Below are positions 33,131 through 47,057 of a stretch of 64,000 bases of DNA, in pieces; the first letter of the stretch is position 1; each line of letters opens with the position of its first letter. The DNA is from Eledone cirrhosa. Taxonomy: Eukaryota. The translations under genes and the position numbers were made by a program. The notes under the pieces were generated by a model. It saw nothing but the letters and a program-made list of their open reading frames with translations, searched no databases and was not told the DNA's origin. The stretch lies in assembly GCA_964016885.1 (NCBI GenBank), contig OZ024743.1:107260001-107324000 (forward strand). The letters run 5' to 3'.

Positions 33131-33388
33131 GATAGATACACTACACACACACATACACACATATATAAATATACATATAAATATTGTAAATAAGTGCCCA
33201 AGGGCTGAAATTAACTTGAACGCACGGCACTATTTACAATACATATACACTATTCTCTGGTGTATCGAGTATTTAGTTGAACATGGTCTTACATAGCTAA
33301 AGTATGAATTCCTCGGATTGTGCAGAGCACATGGTCATTCACGATCGAAAGTGCCCTTAACCTTATATAACTATATTTTATGTATGTA

Positions 33389-33910
33389 TGCATAACTGAA
33401 TATCCATTAAAAATGTTCACATGGAGTTTCTGTCTGTTTACCTTTAAATGTGATTGCTTGGAAAAAATTGAAAAAGACAGAAAAAGACAGTTGTTACATA
33501 ATCATATTGATTGTACATATTTCTGTGATATCACAATGGGACTGCTGTGCAAGCATTACAACAGCGACCGATGCAATAGTACACAAAAAAACAGTTGAGC
33601 ATTATTTACTGTTATACGGCGGTGGATTGGCAGAATCGGTAGAGAATCAGACTCCATGCTTTGCAGCAAAGAGTTACGGTCCTTTATTGTCTGAGTTCAA
33701 ATCCAACCGAGGTTAATTTGCCTTTCATCCTTATGGAGTCGATAAAAGAAAGTACCAGTAATGCACTGAGTATTTACTGGTCTTGTGCCAAAGTAGAAAC
33801 AATTATTTACAGTTATATATATTTCAAATCTTTCCAAGCAAGCATCCCCTTTAAATGTAGAAAGACAGAAACTCCATGTGAACGTTTTTACTGGATCTTG
33901 AGTTATGCGT
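33389..33910. mobile_element. Foldback/MITE-like element with ~80-bp diverged inverted arms, interrupted by a SINE (33617-33803, +)
   Basis: GTTCACATGGAGTTTCTGTCT vs AGACAGAAACTCCATGTGAAC; SINE TSD ATTATTTAC(T/A)GTTATA. Confidence 0.6.
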
Positions 33911-34077
33911 TTGCAGATAGAATACATAGTATGTAATAGTGACATGTAATGTAGTTGGGGAGGATTTATGCGTGTGGAAGAAGAAGAAGAAGAAGAAGAA
34001 GAAGAAGAAGAAGAAGAAGATCTTTATTGTTTTTTCATTTACTTATTCTTTTTCTTTTGAATGATTATCTTAATAAT

Positions 34078-34625
34078 TGTTTCTACATGTTTCTACATTT
34101 GGCACAAGGTCAGCACTTATCCATTGAATTACTGGTACTTTATTTTATCGACCCCGTAGGGATGAAAGGCAAAGTCAACATCGGCGGGATTTGAACTCAG
34201 TATAGAAAGGGCTGTAACTCCATGCGTCAAAGCATGGCGTCTGACTCTCTAGCGATACTGCCAATCCACCTCCTCGATGTCTTAATAATAATTGTTTCTA
34301 CTTTTGGCACAAGGCGAGCAATTACCTAGTGTATTACTGGTACTTTATTTATCGACCCCGTAGGGATGAAAGGCAAAGTTATCCTCGGCGGGATTTGAAC
34401 TCAGAATGGAAAGGGCTGTAACTCCATGCGTCAAAGCATGTCGTCCGACCCTCTACCGATAATGCCAATCCACCGCCTTGATTGTCTTAATAATAATAAT
34501 AATTGTTTCTACTATAGACACAAGGCCATCACATTTGGCGCAGTGATGTCGATTAAATCGACCCCAGTGCATTACTGGTAGTTTATTTTATCGACCCCAT
34601 AAGGATGAACAGAAAAGGTAACGTA
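34078..34625 (-). mobile_element. Three head-to-tail tRNA-SINE copies
   Basis: Copies at ~34085-34275, 34292-34478 and 34503-34625, each preceded by GATT(A/G)TCTTAATAAT-like sequence. Confidence 0.8.
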
Positions 34626-34719
34626 AAGAGTGGTGGCTCGGACCAAGAGGCTGAGTGTAAATTAGTTGGAGGTGAAATATACATGTTCAGACGTCACATA
34701 TATACACACATATATAAAA

Positions 34720-35019
34720 TATTCGCCGTTCCGTTTATTCGCAGAATTTTCCTTATAACCTACCTAGTAATTGTTCTTGGAAACCACTGCATATTCGCGG
34801 AATCGTAAATATCTTCCGCGATCTTTTATGGCTCTTTCATGGCAATATATATTTTTTCACGCTTTTTAACGCTAAATTATTAATAACAATCTACCATATT
34901 TGCCGACATATAGTTTACGTTATGTTTTCACGTTTATAGGCATTTTTATGAACCACGCCCAATATTCGCGGTTTGTGACTCTAGGAATGTAAAACTAGTG
35001 AATACCGGGGTTATAACTG
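34720..35019. mobile_element. Tigger/pogo-like MITE relic
   Basis: Repeated TATTCGCGG subterminal motifs; right end GAATACCGGGGTTATAACTG-TA. Confidence 0.5.
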
Positions 35020-35368
35020 TATTAAACTTTACGGTCTATCATCACCAGTTACTACAATTATCACTATATGCACTGGATGTACAATTGCATGCTATTTGCT
35101 GTACTAAAGTTGTTAATAGCTCAGATATCAATTGATAATATGTTACATACGAATTAGTGTACGTCAGTTGGTACTCGGATTATGCACTGGCTTATTAAAG
35201 GATACCGTTCAAATCATCCTGATAATATACACATACGGATACCCATTCTCACTTATATGCATACTTGCTCACAAGTTTCTAAAATCACTCAATATGACGG
35301 AAGCAAAGATCCGCGTATACGCGTGTAAATGTTCATATATATACAGAGAGAAACAGAGAGGATATAGA

Positions 35369-35462
<94 letters not shown>

Positions 35463-35576
35463 TAGAGAGAGAGAGAAACACGCACAAATATATACACACC
35501 TATATATATATATATGTGTATATGGCTGAAATAACATCAGTGACTTTCTTAAACTGTGTATATATATGAATGTGTG

Positions 35577-35680
<104 letters not shown>

Positions 35681-37343
35681 GGAGGTGAGTTTTATTGTAG
35701 TACAATAAAGCAATGCAGATATCGGATAAGAAGCACTCTACAGTTTGTAGGACTGGAGTATACATAATATATAAGATCAAAAGAGTGTTAAATGAGTTCC
35801 ATGGATTTTATTATGCGCATTTCAAAAACAAATATCATCATGCAATAACATTTGTGTTTTCATCAGATAAAATAGGAAGACATGATATGAAGGTTAAAAA
35901 CACTTGTGGATAGTGCAGTTTTAAATCAACATATATATATATATATATATGTAAGTGAATATGTCTCTGTGTGTGTTAGCTGATAAGTCCATATATACAA
36001 GCCGGTAATTACGCGAAGTTACTCGTAAATAGCGTGTACAAATTAGAAAGAATATGCCTTCATATATGCACATTCTATATCAATGTTATATATATATATA
36101 TATGTTCTCTATCATGTAGGCATATGTATTTTTTCAAATATAAGCATGTCTAATTTAAAGACCCGCTCCGCTCCACGTTTTCAAACAAATTATTTTAATG
36201 TGCTGTTAATTCGTGCAAACGTAATCCTAAATATAATTCTATGCAGCGAGCTTACAATTTTTGTTAAATAATAAGTGCACGTACATTGTAATTACTTGTT
36301 AACAAACTTAAAAGACTAATAAAATGTTGTAAACAGTCATGTTTTTTCTGACAACCTTTAATAAATTTGAGGTTGATGGGCGGAATCAATACCGAAGTAT
36401 AACATACAGCTATTAAGTATATGTTGCGTAAATGAAATCGTTAATCTAACAATTGAACTACAGACATATTGGAATCACTCCAATTACTATAATAGTAGAC
36501 AAAACTTGAAAAAGCTTCATTGTTATGAAAATAACACGATAGACGCTAGCTTTAAATCGACGAGAAAAGCTCTAAGCGGTCACCCCACCTATTAAAAATA
36601 ACAGCCAGTATATTTAAAAAGAGAAGATATATTTGATAATGGTATTGTGACTGTAATATATAACGAGATTACTCATGAACAAGCCTAGTCAATGGTAGGA
36701 AGATATTTTATTAGAGGTTGATACGATTTCATGACAACAGATTTTGTGTTAAACAACAACGATTATCTACATCGTCACTTGAATTTCTAAAATAGCAGCC
36801 AAACATACTTTCCCTATAACTTTGATTTACGTGTGGGTGTGGATGTATTTGTGAGTGTGTATATATATATATTGCTATACTTTGGGAGGCTCATGTTGCC
36901 AATAAAAACACACGCAACTGTTTGTTTTTCACTTCAATTTATTATAAATTTACGGCTGGTTGGTTCGATAACCACAAGGTTGTTTATATATTGTCAAACC
37001 TCTTTCCTCACACATACTGTGAACTCCTCAGTGACTAAGCACATAGTACACAGCACACAGAAAAAAGATAGTGTAGGACAGAACGAAGAAGAGACATACC
37101 AAATAAAAACCTAGTCAATGAGGAAGTCAAAGAATGCGTGATGAAAGAGCTTTGAAAATATATAAACAACGTTTCGGTTATCGAACCACCCAAACAACCA
37201 ACCGAAAATTTGATAATAATTTTAAGTCAAAAACTAACAGTTGCGTGTGTTTTTATTCGCAACGTGACGCTCCCTAAGTATAACAATATGTGTATCAACC
37301 CACGTTTCCAGATAAGAAATCTAACAAAACAAATTCAAAAACG

Positions 37344-37414
<71 letters not shown>

Positions 37415-37468
37415 TATACATATAGATATAGATATGCATACATACACACACACACACACACATATATA

Positions 37469-37553
<85 letters not shown>

Positions 37554-37635
37554 ATAATAATAAAATTGAAGACTAAAATCCAGAGAGGGCTCGATAAGGA
37601 AAATATATATCAAATATATAAGAACCGAAGAGCAA

Positions 37636-38081
37636 ATATTTATTAAAATAACAGATTAAAGTTTAAGCAAAGAATCGCTGCTTTCACCCTTAACGGGATC
37701 TTCTGAAACTAACAAAGTCAATCTGTAAACGCAGAACTGGATATTTCGTTTTTTCGTTCATTGCCAGAGAACGTCTCTATGCACCACTTAGAGAACATTA
37801 GTCTACGACCTCTTTTATACCATAAACGTGGTTCTCTCCTTGCACGTAATTGTTTTTCACCGCTCCTATTAATGACGTATTATTCGTTTTTTTTCCCGTT
37901 CTTTGCCAGCGAACGTCACCATGAACCAAAGTATCGTCTTCCTGTCTTCCTCCGGTTGCAACGTTTTTTGAAATATCCAGTTCTGCGTTTACAGATTGAC
38001 TTTGTTAGTTTCAGAAGATCCCGTTAAGGGTGAAAGCAGCGATTCTTTGCTTAAACTTTAATCTGTTATTTTAATAAATAT
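37636..38081. repeat. Perfect 112-bp inverted repeat with a 222-bp spacer
   Basis: 37636-37747 is the exact reverse complement of 37970-38081. Confidence 0.92.
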
Positions 38082-38123
38082 ATATATATATATAGATATA
38101 GATGTAGATATAGATATACATGC

Positions 38124-38162
<39 letters not shown>

Positions 38163-39017
38163 GATATAGATGTAGATATAGATATACATGCATACATACA
38201 TACACATATATATATATATAAGTTGTCGGAACTAGCATGGGTATCACTGCTAAGACTGATTGCATCTCAGCGTACTCAATAGGTAATATTGAATAAACTC
38301 CCAGAGTATACCTATAGTTATTCGTTTCTATACAGCGCACGTAAAAGGGTATCTTCAAGTATTCCCGAACGCGAGTTTCGGGCACACTTAATGCAGCAAT
38401 AGAGTGCACAGCACCCTCTGTCCGGATATATATGCAACAATGCATAATCGGTGCATTTGGCTTCATCAGCGGTTATCGCCTAATCAATAAACAATCGATC
38501 GACAGAATTCGACTCCAGTCCGTGCCGGCAATGACTGTATGTGACAGCCAACACAATAAAACGTTTGTAACTAGAATCTCTACGCGTCACAATGCCGTAG
38601 CCTGATTGGCTACCGATTTAGAAATTTACGTGATGACAGGAGACGAAATTCAAATAGTTCCTTCCCCGCCATAAGCACTCAGCCAACATATCTCAAACAC
38701 AAATTAACGAGTTAGTGAAAAATTGGTTATTAGAAAAATTCAGTCTCCAATCGCTGTACAATAGAAGGGTAGCATTCGGCTCTAGTCTCCAAGTCCCATG
38801 ACGAGAAATAGTGCGACAGTAACAATGGTTGTGCCTACAACCTTTCCGGACATTAAATGCCAACCGGCGATTAGACAGCGATATATAGTTAGCGCGCTGG
38901 TTAGAGTCAGGATTCCTTATATTTCGACCAACCACGTGGTAAATACTTAGCTCTGTAACTTACATAGAGCACTCTTCATTCCTCTGACGTTTTCAATTTT
39001 CAACGGAAACTTTAATA

Positions 39018-39103
<86 letters not shown>

Positions 39104-39107
39104 TATA

Positions 39108-39170
<63 letters not shown>

Positions 39171-39229
39171 ATGTATATATACTTTCCATTAGTTGCTATA
39201 CATTGTGCGGTCAATTTATATCACAAGCG

Positions 39230-39550
39230 ATCCTCAATGGGGACAAAAATAGGTTTCAACTGTCAATGTTCTGAGTTGAGAGGATCATACTGTAAGAGGA
39301 CTCAGAAACCCAGCTTGACATCAAGATCCTTCTCAATAAATTTCATTACATCAGTAATGTATTCACATGCACCATAAGTAGAACTTTGAAAGAATCCATA
39401 TATTATATTAGGGTATGTTCCCTGAAAGCCTAGGTAATTGAATGAAAATATCGCTGACTGAAAGCAAGTTCTTGGAGTAGGTTCTCGGTTTAATAGAATA
39501 TGTTTTGGTTCTGGACGAATCAAGTTTTCACTGCACCGATCTGGCTATTT

Positions 39551-39587
<37 letters not shown>

Positions 39588-40400
39588 ACGTGTGTGAATG
39601 TAAATGTATGTGTATATCAGAGAAGACCAAATGAAACACTCAGAATATTGCCTATAAGTGACCAGATGTAAATGAGATTGTATAATGTTTTAGGAATGTT
39701 TGCCTCATCAAAGTGGTAGAGCATTAATTCCTTGTAAAGTAAAACCAGATATACGATATTTCAACAAATATGTTTTATAAAATCTATACCAGTTATTTAA
39801 TGAAAAGTAGAAATAACGCCAAGATCCACTAAAAATAACAGCCTCATATAACACCCTACAAACTGATATGAATCATTGGCTGAAGAAGTCCACTGCACAC
39901 TAGAGATGAGAAAAAGTATGCGGTATCATATCATAGATCAGAAGTCTCCCGGATTAGCTATATTGTTTAGTCAATGAACACTGTTTACATCCCTTGTATC
40001 CTTTTCCTCTGCTATATACCAATATCTGCTGTTCATAGCAGTTTTACATAGACAAAAACTCAGTTGGTACTGTCACGTATCGCGATTCGACTCTCTATCT
40101 AAAACTATCTCCCCTGGCACAGTTGAGGGTGGGCAATGAAGCGGCAGGCAAAATGAAATCCTATTTGACAACATCAATTACTGGGGATGTCACAGCACTG
40201 CCACCTTTTCTATAAATGACGGAGAATAGAGATCAGATGTGACTGCTGAATACGAAAACGCGTAGAGCGACGCTCCAACTATAGGCTGCTCCACTTGCTG
40301 GAACTTTATGATAATGAGATGTTGAGGATGATATACCAATACCTTCGTTTCCAGGCAGCTGCAAACCGATATATCCAATTCCGAAATTTACGTAATACCG
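39230..40400 (-). pseudogene. Very old CR1/L2-type RT relic
   Basis: Collinear degenerate motifs [22 protein letters not shown]. Confidence 0.35.
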
Positions 40401-41339
40401 TTCATGCTGTTAAATTAATCGAAAATAGTTTTGTACTATGAAACCATATGCTGAAGCAGAAATAATCTTGTGGAAGAGACATTTTAATAAACTAAAACAT
40501 ACTGAAAGAACTGTTATATTGATTTTGCAATTATTTAGAGAATTGAGAAAATTTTCATCGCACCACAGTGACCCTGTCACTGACATAACTCAGGAACCGA
40601 ATTTTGTCAGTGGCCAAGTCGGAGAATTGAGATAAAATTCTGATAAATCATGAAATTAATGAAAACTGATTAGAAGAATTTTTAGACGAAAAATGTCTCC
40701 TACACAATGCAGTAGATAATCAAAAAATATGTTTCTAAAAACATGGAAATGTGTTTGATTTAGCATGAATACTCAACACAACAAAAAGAAATTTGGAATG
40801 AGCTGTACAAATTAGATGCTACATTATCGATACTGACTATGACAAAAATCAAACAAAAAAACAAAAAAATATACAGATTCAGACTCAAATACTTCAATTT
40901 TCTTTCAGCTAAAATTCGATCTATATTTATATTATAATATATATATTTAAATTATATTATCTATATTTAAATTATAGTATCTACCTGCCGCGAATTTTAT
41001 TAAGAAAAAAATAACATTTTTCGAACTTTTCTTAAATTGACTAAATATTTATAGATTAAAACAATTTAGTCTGATGTGAAACCAATGCTGTAGACTTTAG
41101 CAACTGGTGTGAAATCATACGTATATATGAATATTTGCTTAGCCTGAGCATCTGTGAACGTTGTTCTCGAATTACAAAGTTTCTTTCTAATTATTGCTGT
41201 TCATTACATGTTCCTGATCATAGTGGTGCTCAATCTTATATATTAACGCTTGGTAAAGTGAAGTTTCCTATTTACATTACAATATATTATTTATATTCAT
41301 CTTCTTCTTCTCTTTCTACTTTTCTACATCCAGCTCATC

Positions 41340-41348
41340 TTTCTTCTT

Positions 41349-41441
<93 letters not shown>
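41340..41441. repeat. (TCT)n(TTA)n microsatellite at the left end of the retrotransposon array
   Basis: Direct reading. Confidence 0.95.
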
Positions 41442-41442
<1 letters not shown>

Positions 41443-43357
41443 CTTGAATCTCAGTCATTGATGTTGGTTAACTGGAAAGTCCGTTGGAATGAATATCAAG
41501 CCACTACCTGCAGCCTCAGATATTCAGGACGTATCGGAGGGTTCTTGCTGTTCCCAGTAAGCATGCCTTTTGAAGCGTTCCAAAAAGCGTGAAGGGGCCG
41601 ATTTTCTTTAACCATCTCTGGAAACTTTTGGAGATAGTCCCCAGTGCGCCTATGACAATCGGGATCACTTTGACATCATGGCATTTCCAAATCCTTTTTA
41701 CCTCCCACTTTAAGTCCTGGTATCGGTTGATTTTCTCCCTCTCCTTCTCTTGCACTCTCGTGTCGAATGGGCAGGCCACATCCACAATCAGACACGATCT
41801 TTTTTCTTTGTCCACAACCACCAGGTCAGGTCTATTGTGTTCCAGTTTCTTGTCCGTCTGTATCCTAAAATCCCACAGCACCTTCACCTGATCGTTCTCC
41901 ATCACCGCCTCTGGCCTATGCTCATACCATTTCTCAGAATGTGGTAAATTGTTTACTTTGCACAGGTGCCAGTGGATCACCCTGCCCATCACATCATGTC
42001 TCCAGCCCTTATAGTGGGTCTGGGCTAGGTGTTTACACTCGCATACAATGTGAGCCACAGTCCCCTCTCTCTCTCCACAGATCCTGCACAGTGGGCTAGC
42101 CTCCTCCTTGTAAATATGGTGTTTCAACCACTTCGTCTTGAGGGCCTGCTCCTGCGCAGCCATTAACATTCCTTCTGTAGCGTTTTTGAGGTCTCCTCAT
42201 CTCAACCAGTTCCATGTCTGTGGATCTCTAAATTCAGTTTTCTCAAAGAAGGTACTATGAAGGGATTTTCCCTGAAGGCTGCTCTTTCTCCTTGATGTTA
42301 TTTCCTCCTTCAGTACAGTTCTGAGCATTGGCTCCTTACTATCAGTCACGTATTTGTATAGGTTGTTTTTCTCCATCTAAACACAGTCCTCTATGCGGAT
42401 AAGACCTCTTCCACCCTCAGATCTCCTTAGGTAGAGTCTATCGACATCACTCCTCTTGTGGAACATGTTGTAGATAGTCAATAGCTTCCTAGTCTTCCTA
42501 TCCATTTCTTTTTATTCAGCAACATTCCATCTCAGAATTCCCGCACTGTACCTAATAATAGACACAGCTCGGGAATTTACTGCGCTTATGGCATTTTTGC
42601 TGTTCAGATGTGACTTCAATACGCTCCTTACTCTCCGAATGTATTCAGTTCTTAACAATTCCTTCATTTTTTTGTTCTTTATGCGATCAGCCTCCAGAAC
42701 GCCCAAATACTTGTATCCTTCCTCAGAGTCAATTTCCTTTATCATCTCACCTGCTGGTATCTGGATTCCGTTACTTCTGCTCAACCTACCCCTCCTCATC
42801 ACAATGACTCCACACTTACTAATACCAAACTGCATACATATATCACTGCTGAAAGTACGGACAGTGTCAACAAGCACATCCAACTCCTTCTCACTCTTCC
42901 CGAAGAGCTTAAGATCGTCCATGAAGAGAAGGTGACTGATGGTAAGCTCTCCCTTTCCCAACTTGTATCCTGCTCTCACTTTTCACAGCATAATGGTCAA
43001 GGGCATCAGGGCAAGGACAAACAACAGAGGGGACAGGCTATCTCCCTGGAAGATACCTCTCTTGATCTTCACGCTTCCCAAGGATTCTCCAGTTGATGTC
43101 AACTCTGTCTCCCAGGACCCCATACTCCTGCCCAGCAACTGTCTGATGTTATCTGCCACCTTGAAGATCTCCAGGCTTTTGGTGATCCAAAAATGAGGCA
43201 CCATGTCAAATGCCTTTCTGTAGTCTATCCATGCCATGGCAAGATCAGTGTGTCTCCTCCTGCAATTCCCCATTACCATCTTATCAATAAGTAACTGGTC
43301 CTTTGTACCACGTGACTTCTTTCGGCATCCTTTCTGTTCATCCGGTAACAAGTTGTT
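41442..43357 (-). mobile_element. R4/Dong-type RLE retrotransposon A, 5'-truncated, frameshifted
   Basis: [58 protein letters not shown]; (TAA)n tail; truncation abuts (TTA)n. Confidence 0.9.
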
Positions 43358-43377
43358 TTATTATTATTATTATTATT

Positions 43378-46300
43378 GAATGCCATGGTTGACGGAGGCT
43401 TGGCTCTGTAAGGTATAGTAATTTTTAACCGTTAAAACAATTGTAAATTGTTTAAAACTTGAACCAAATTGTTGATAAAGACACCCTCCTCCTCGTGAGA
43501 GGGGTCTTTCTGTCCGTTATTTGGCCCTTCGGGGTTAAATAACCAGTTATTGGGGTTTTGTACCCAAAATTTCATTTTAAACAAAAAAACAACATGGCTA
43601 CGAAAAAGAAATTTCATACGTCACTCCCACTCATTCCGTCTTCTTCTTCCTCAATCATCACTACAGCAGAGAGAAGATTGTCTCTCTCCCTCCCTTCTTT
43701 AAATGTGTCTCTCTCCCTCCCTTCTCTTTCGCAAGTGACGAAAGAAAAGAAAAGTCTCGTGCAAAGCGTACAAGGTTTCTCCACGACGACGACGACAGCG
43801 ACGAAACAGGTGTGCGGGAAATACGAAAACCCAGTTCATTCGTCTGACGTCAGGAATAATAGCAGTAGCAGCCGTAATAACAACAGCAACAGTGACAATG
43901 AAAACAACAGTAGCAGCCGCAACAGCATCACCAGCAGCATAAACAACAACAGCATTAGCAGCAGCAACACCAACAACAACCACAGCAACAGCGGCGGAGG
44001 CAGTAGTCGTAGTACCTGCAGCAACAACAAAAGTACCAGCAGCTCTGACGACAACAACAACAGCAGAGAAAAACCAATCTCATTTGCAGGTATTGCGAAA
44101 AACTTGGAAACAATCCTCATAACAAATGAGGAATTAGAGGAAGCGAAGAAGATGGTGACAAAGAACGGACACCGAGCAATCTGCAAGGCAGCGGAAAAAT
44201 TTTTCGAAACCCAAGAGCACTGTACGGTCACGTACCGTACAGTAAGTACAAAATCCCGTAGGGTGGAAAGAGCCACAGAGGCCCAAATACAAAAAGCCTT
44301 GGGGTCTGTGTGGCAGCGGAAAACGCACATCACCCGAGGCAAAAAATATGCCAGCGTAGACGTACTTTTTGCCACACCCCAGGAGGCAAAGGCCCAATCA
44401 GTAGTGACCCTAAGGAGCGAGGAAATGGTGTTGGTGCCCTCCTACTGCGGGCAAAAAATTGTGAGGGTCAAACTGACCCACGCCAGGGAATGACCCCTTC
44501 TTGGCTGGCCGCGTCTGTCCTCGTCGGAATCGAGGACAAAACAACTGTACTGCAAGTACAGAAAAAAGTAAGAGAAGATTGGGTCGGCTCCTCCATTGAG
44601 ATGCTAATCCAAACCAACCAGGAGTGCATCGAAGCTATCCCGGATGTGATAGACTTCGATAACGGCACTCAACTGCCCATAAGTGTTGAGGGCAAACGCC
44701 CGAAATGCTTTCGCTGTGGATCGAAGACTCACCTCAGGGCCTTCTGCAACGAGAAGACCCTGAGAAAGGAGAAAACCCCCCTCCTTCCGAATCCGGCTCC
44801 ACGGCTACCAGCAACAGGACAAGCGGCAACCAGGAACGATAGGCCCGTGGCACCCATACCCACTCCACGGAAATCAAAAACAGCAGCAGCAGTGGAAATA
44901 TTAACAACAACAACAGCAATACCAAATGCAGCTGCAACAGAGACTCCAGTGCAAACATCACCAACAACAACAAGTGAAAGAGTGGAGCTGGTACCCCTCC
45001 CCGACCTCACAGAATCAGACATGGAGTGTGAGGTGGGAGAGGGATGGCAAAAGGTCGTAAGAAGGCACAAACGCAGAAGCAGCGCATCGTCGCCTTTGAA
45101 AAGGGAGGAAAGAAATGAGAAAAGGGTAAAGTCTACTGCAAAGAGACCCACAGCAGCAACAACACCAACACCATCACCACCCACACTAGCACCACCATCA
45201 CCACCGGCGACAACCCCACCGCCAACAACACCTTCAACACCACCACCACAAGCACCAACATCGCAAACACAACAACAAAACACACACACCCAGCAACAAC
45301 GACAAGAAAATAGCAGAACCACACCCCACCCCCAGAAAAACAAATGCACGGCAATAAATACACACAACAAGAAACTAATGACTTACATAATTGAACACAC
45401 AGACATTTCACAACAGGACTACATAATACCAGCACCAATCAAAACGCCAACTAACATAAGACTGCTAAAAATAACACAGAAACAATACACAAATATTAAA
45501 ACGAAATTCCCCAACGCAGTTGGTGATTTCAGGGACCTAGAAGGAACCATCAATCGAAGAGTATACTCAGACATTCTCTTAGAAGAGCCGACGACCAGCC
45601 GAAGGGACGATTCAACGGTCCCTTCACCAGACGATCAAGTGAAAAGGGATGTAAAAACCATCCCTCCTCTACCAAAAGTACGGTAAGTGGTCTTCTCTCA
45701 CCCAGAAATGGGCGGAGAGGAAGCTATCCCTGAAAGGTCGAGCGGAGGTGGCTAACGCGTACATCGCGTCTGTCATCTGCTACCGCCTGACCGTCGTACC
45801 TTGTCCTAAGCCTCGCCTGACTGCGCTGGAGCGTTTGCTCTTTCGCTTTTTGTGGAAGGGACGTGCTCCGATGGTCAGGCGGTCCATCTGTTGTCAACAC
45901 CCGCTACGTGGAGGGCTGGGCATGCCGTGGTTGATGATGCGCAGGCACGCGCTCAGGCTACGACATCTCCACCTCTTCCTCGACGGTGATCAGGTGTGGT
46001 CGCCGTTTGCTAGGCGCGTATTTCCCCAGCTCGTTTCCTTGATGGAGCTGCAGTCCTGGGTCAAGCGAAGACCGAGAGGGAGCGCCTGGAGACTGGAATG
46101 TCTTCAGGCGCTCACAGCCCTCGACCAATCGGGCAATGTGATCGGTGGAAACTCCACCTCGGCGTTCTATAGAGGATTAGTGGAGGGTAAGAGCGACGAC
46201 GTACTTGGGGAAACTCTAGGCGTCGACGAAAATCAACTAGCCAATCTCTTCGGAAGAACTTTCGGGCCGGGGCCTATGGACAACTTCCAGAAATCTCTGG

Positions 46301-47035
46301 CCTGGCAGTGCTACCGAGGAGCCTTGCCAGTTCGGGATAAACTCTACAGGCATGGAGGTGCCGTCAGCCGGGCATGTCCGAGATGCGCGCAGGGCGACGA
46401 AACCGTCCTGCACGCACTCATCCAGTGTCCGAGCATTGCTGACTTGTGGGTTTATGTCGAACACCTGCTGTCACGTGTAGGACGGATCCAGCTATCAGCT
46501 GAGTCCATCGTGAGGATTGCCCCGCCCCCTTCCTTTAGCCTGGAAGGGCAGGCAGTTTTTATCTGTCTGGTGGCCATGGCGAAAGAGATAGTATGGTGGA
46601 CACGTTTGAAAGGGCTGAAGACGAGCACTTACCTCTTCGGTGATGCCCTGATTAACTTTTTCAAATTTCATTTGAAAAGGAAAATCAGGGTAGAGAGGGA
46701 AGTGCTTTCTTCCCAGCATTTTGTTGAAAGATGGGTGAGAGAAGCAAGTATGGCCCGAATGAAGGGGCCTTCTCTGAGTATGTGTCTGTAAATTAAAGGT
46801 GGAAAACTGGGAGAGGGCACTTGCCCTGGTGGTCAGGGCCACTGTGGTCTTTTAATGGGCTTTCTCCACAAATGTCCCTTGGAAGTCTCCCCCCTATTGG
46901 GGAATTTTTCTTTGTTATTTTTATTTCAACCTCTGTTTTTTTACACGCAGAAATGCCCATTTGTACCGTCCTGTATTGTCCTGTACTGTCCTTAATGTCT
47001 ACTTTATGTGAACCCTTGTGGTTAATAAAGAAAAC
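43378..47035 (+). mobile_element. Tx1-clade element B1: internally deleted copy of B2
   Basis: Near-identical to 51379-57404 but lacks ~2.35 kb of ORF2 (EN+RT); ORF1 frameshift near 44483; (TTA)n on both sides. Confidence 0.92.
43594..45686 (+). pseudogene. ORF1 (gag-like, CCHC knuckle) of B1, one frameshift
   Basis: ORFs 43558-44493 and 44310-45686 together match the B2 ORF1. Confidence 0.85.
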
Positions 47036-47057
47036 ATTATTATTATTATTATTATTA

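Noticed and set aside
45683-45700. B1 internal deletion as a retrotransposed spliced RNA
   Set aside because: The GTAAGT donor is retained and the junction is ~10 nt downstream at a microhomology, not GT-AG
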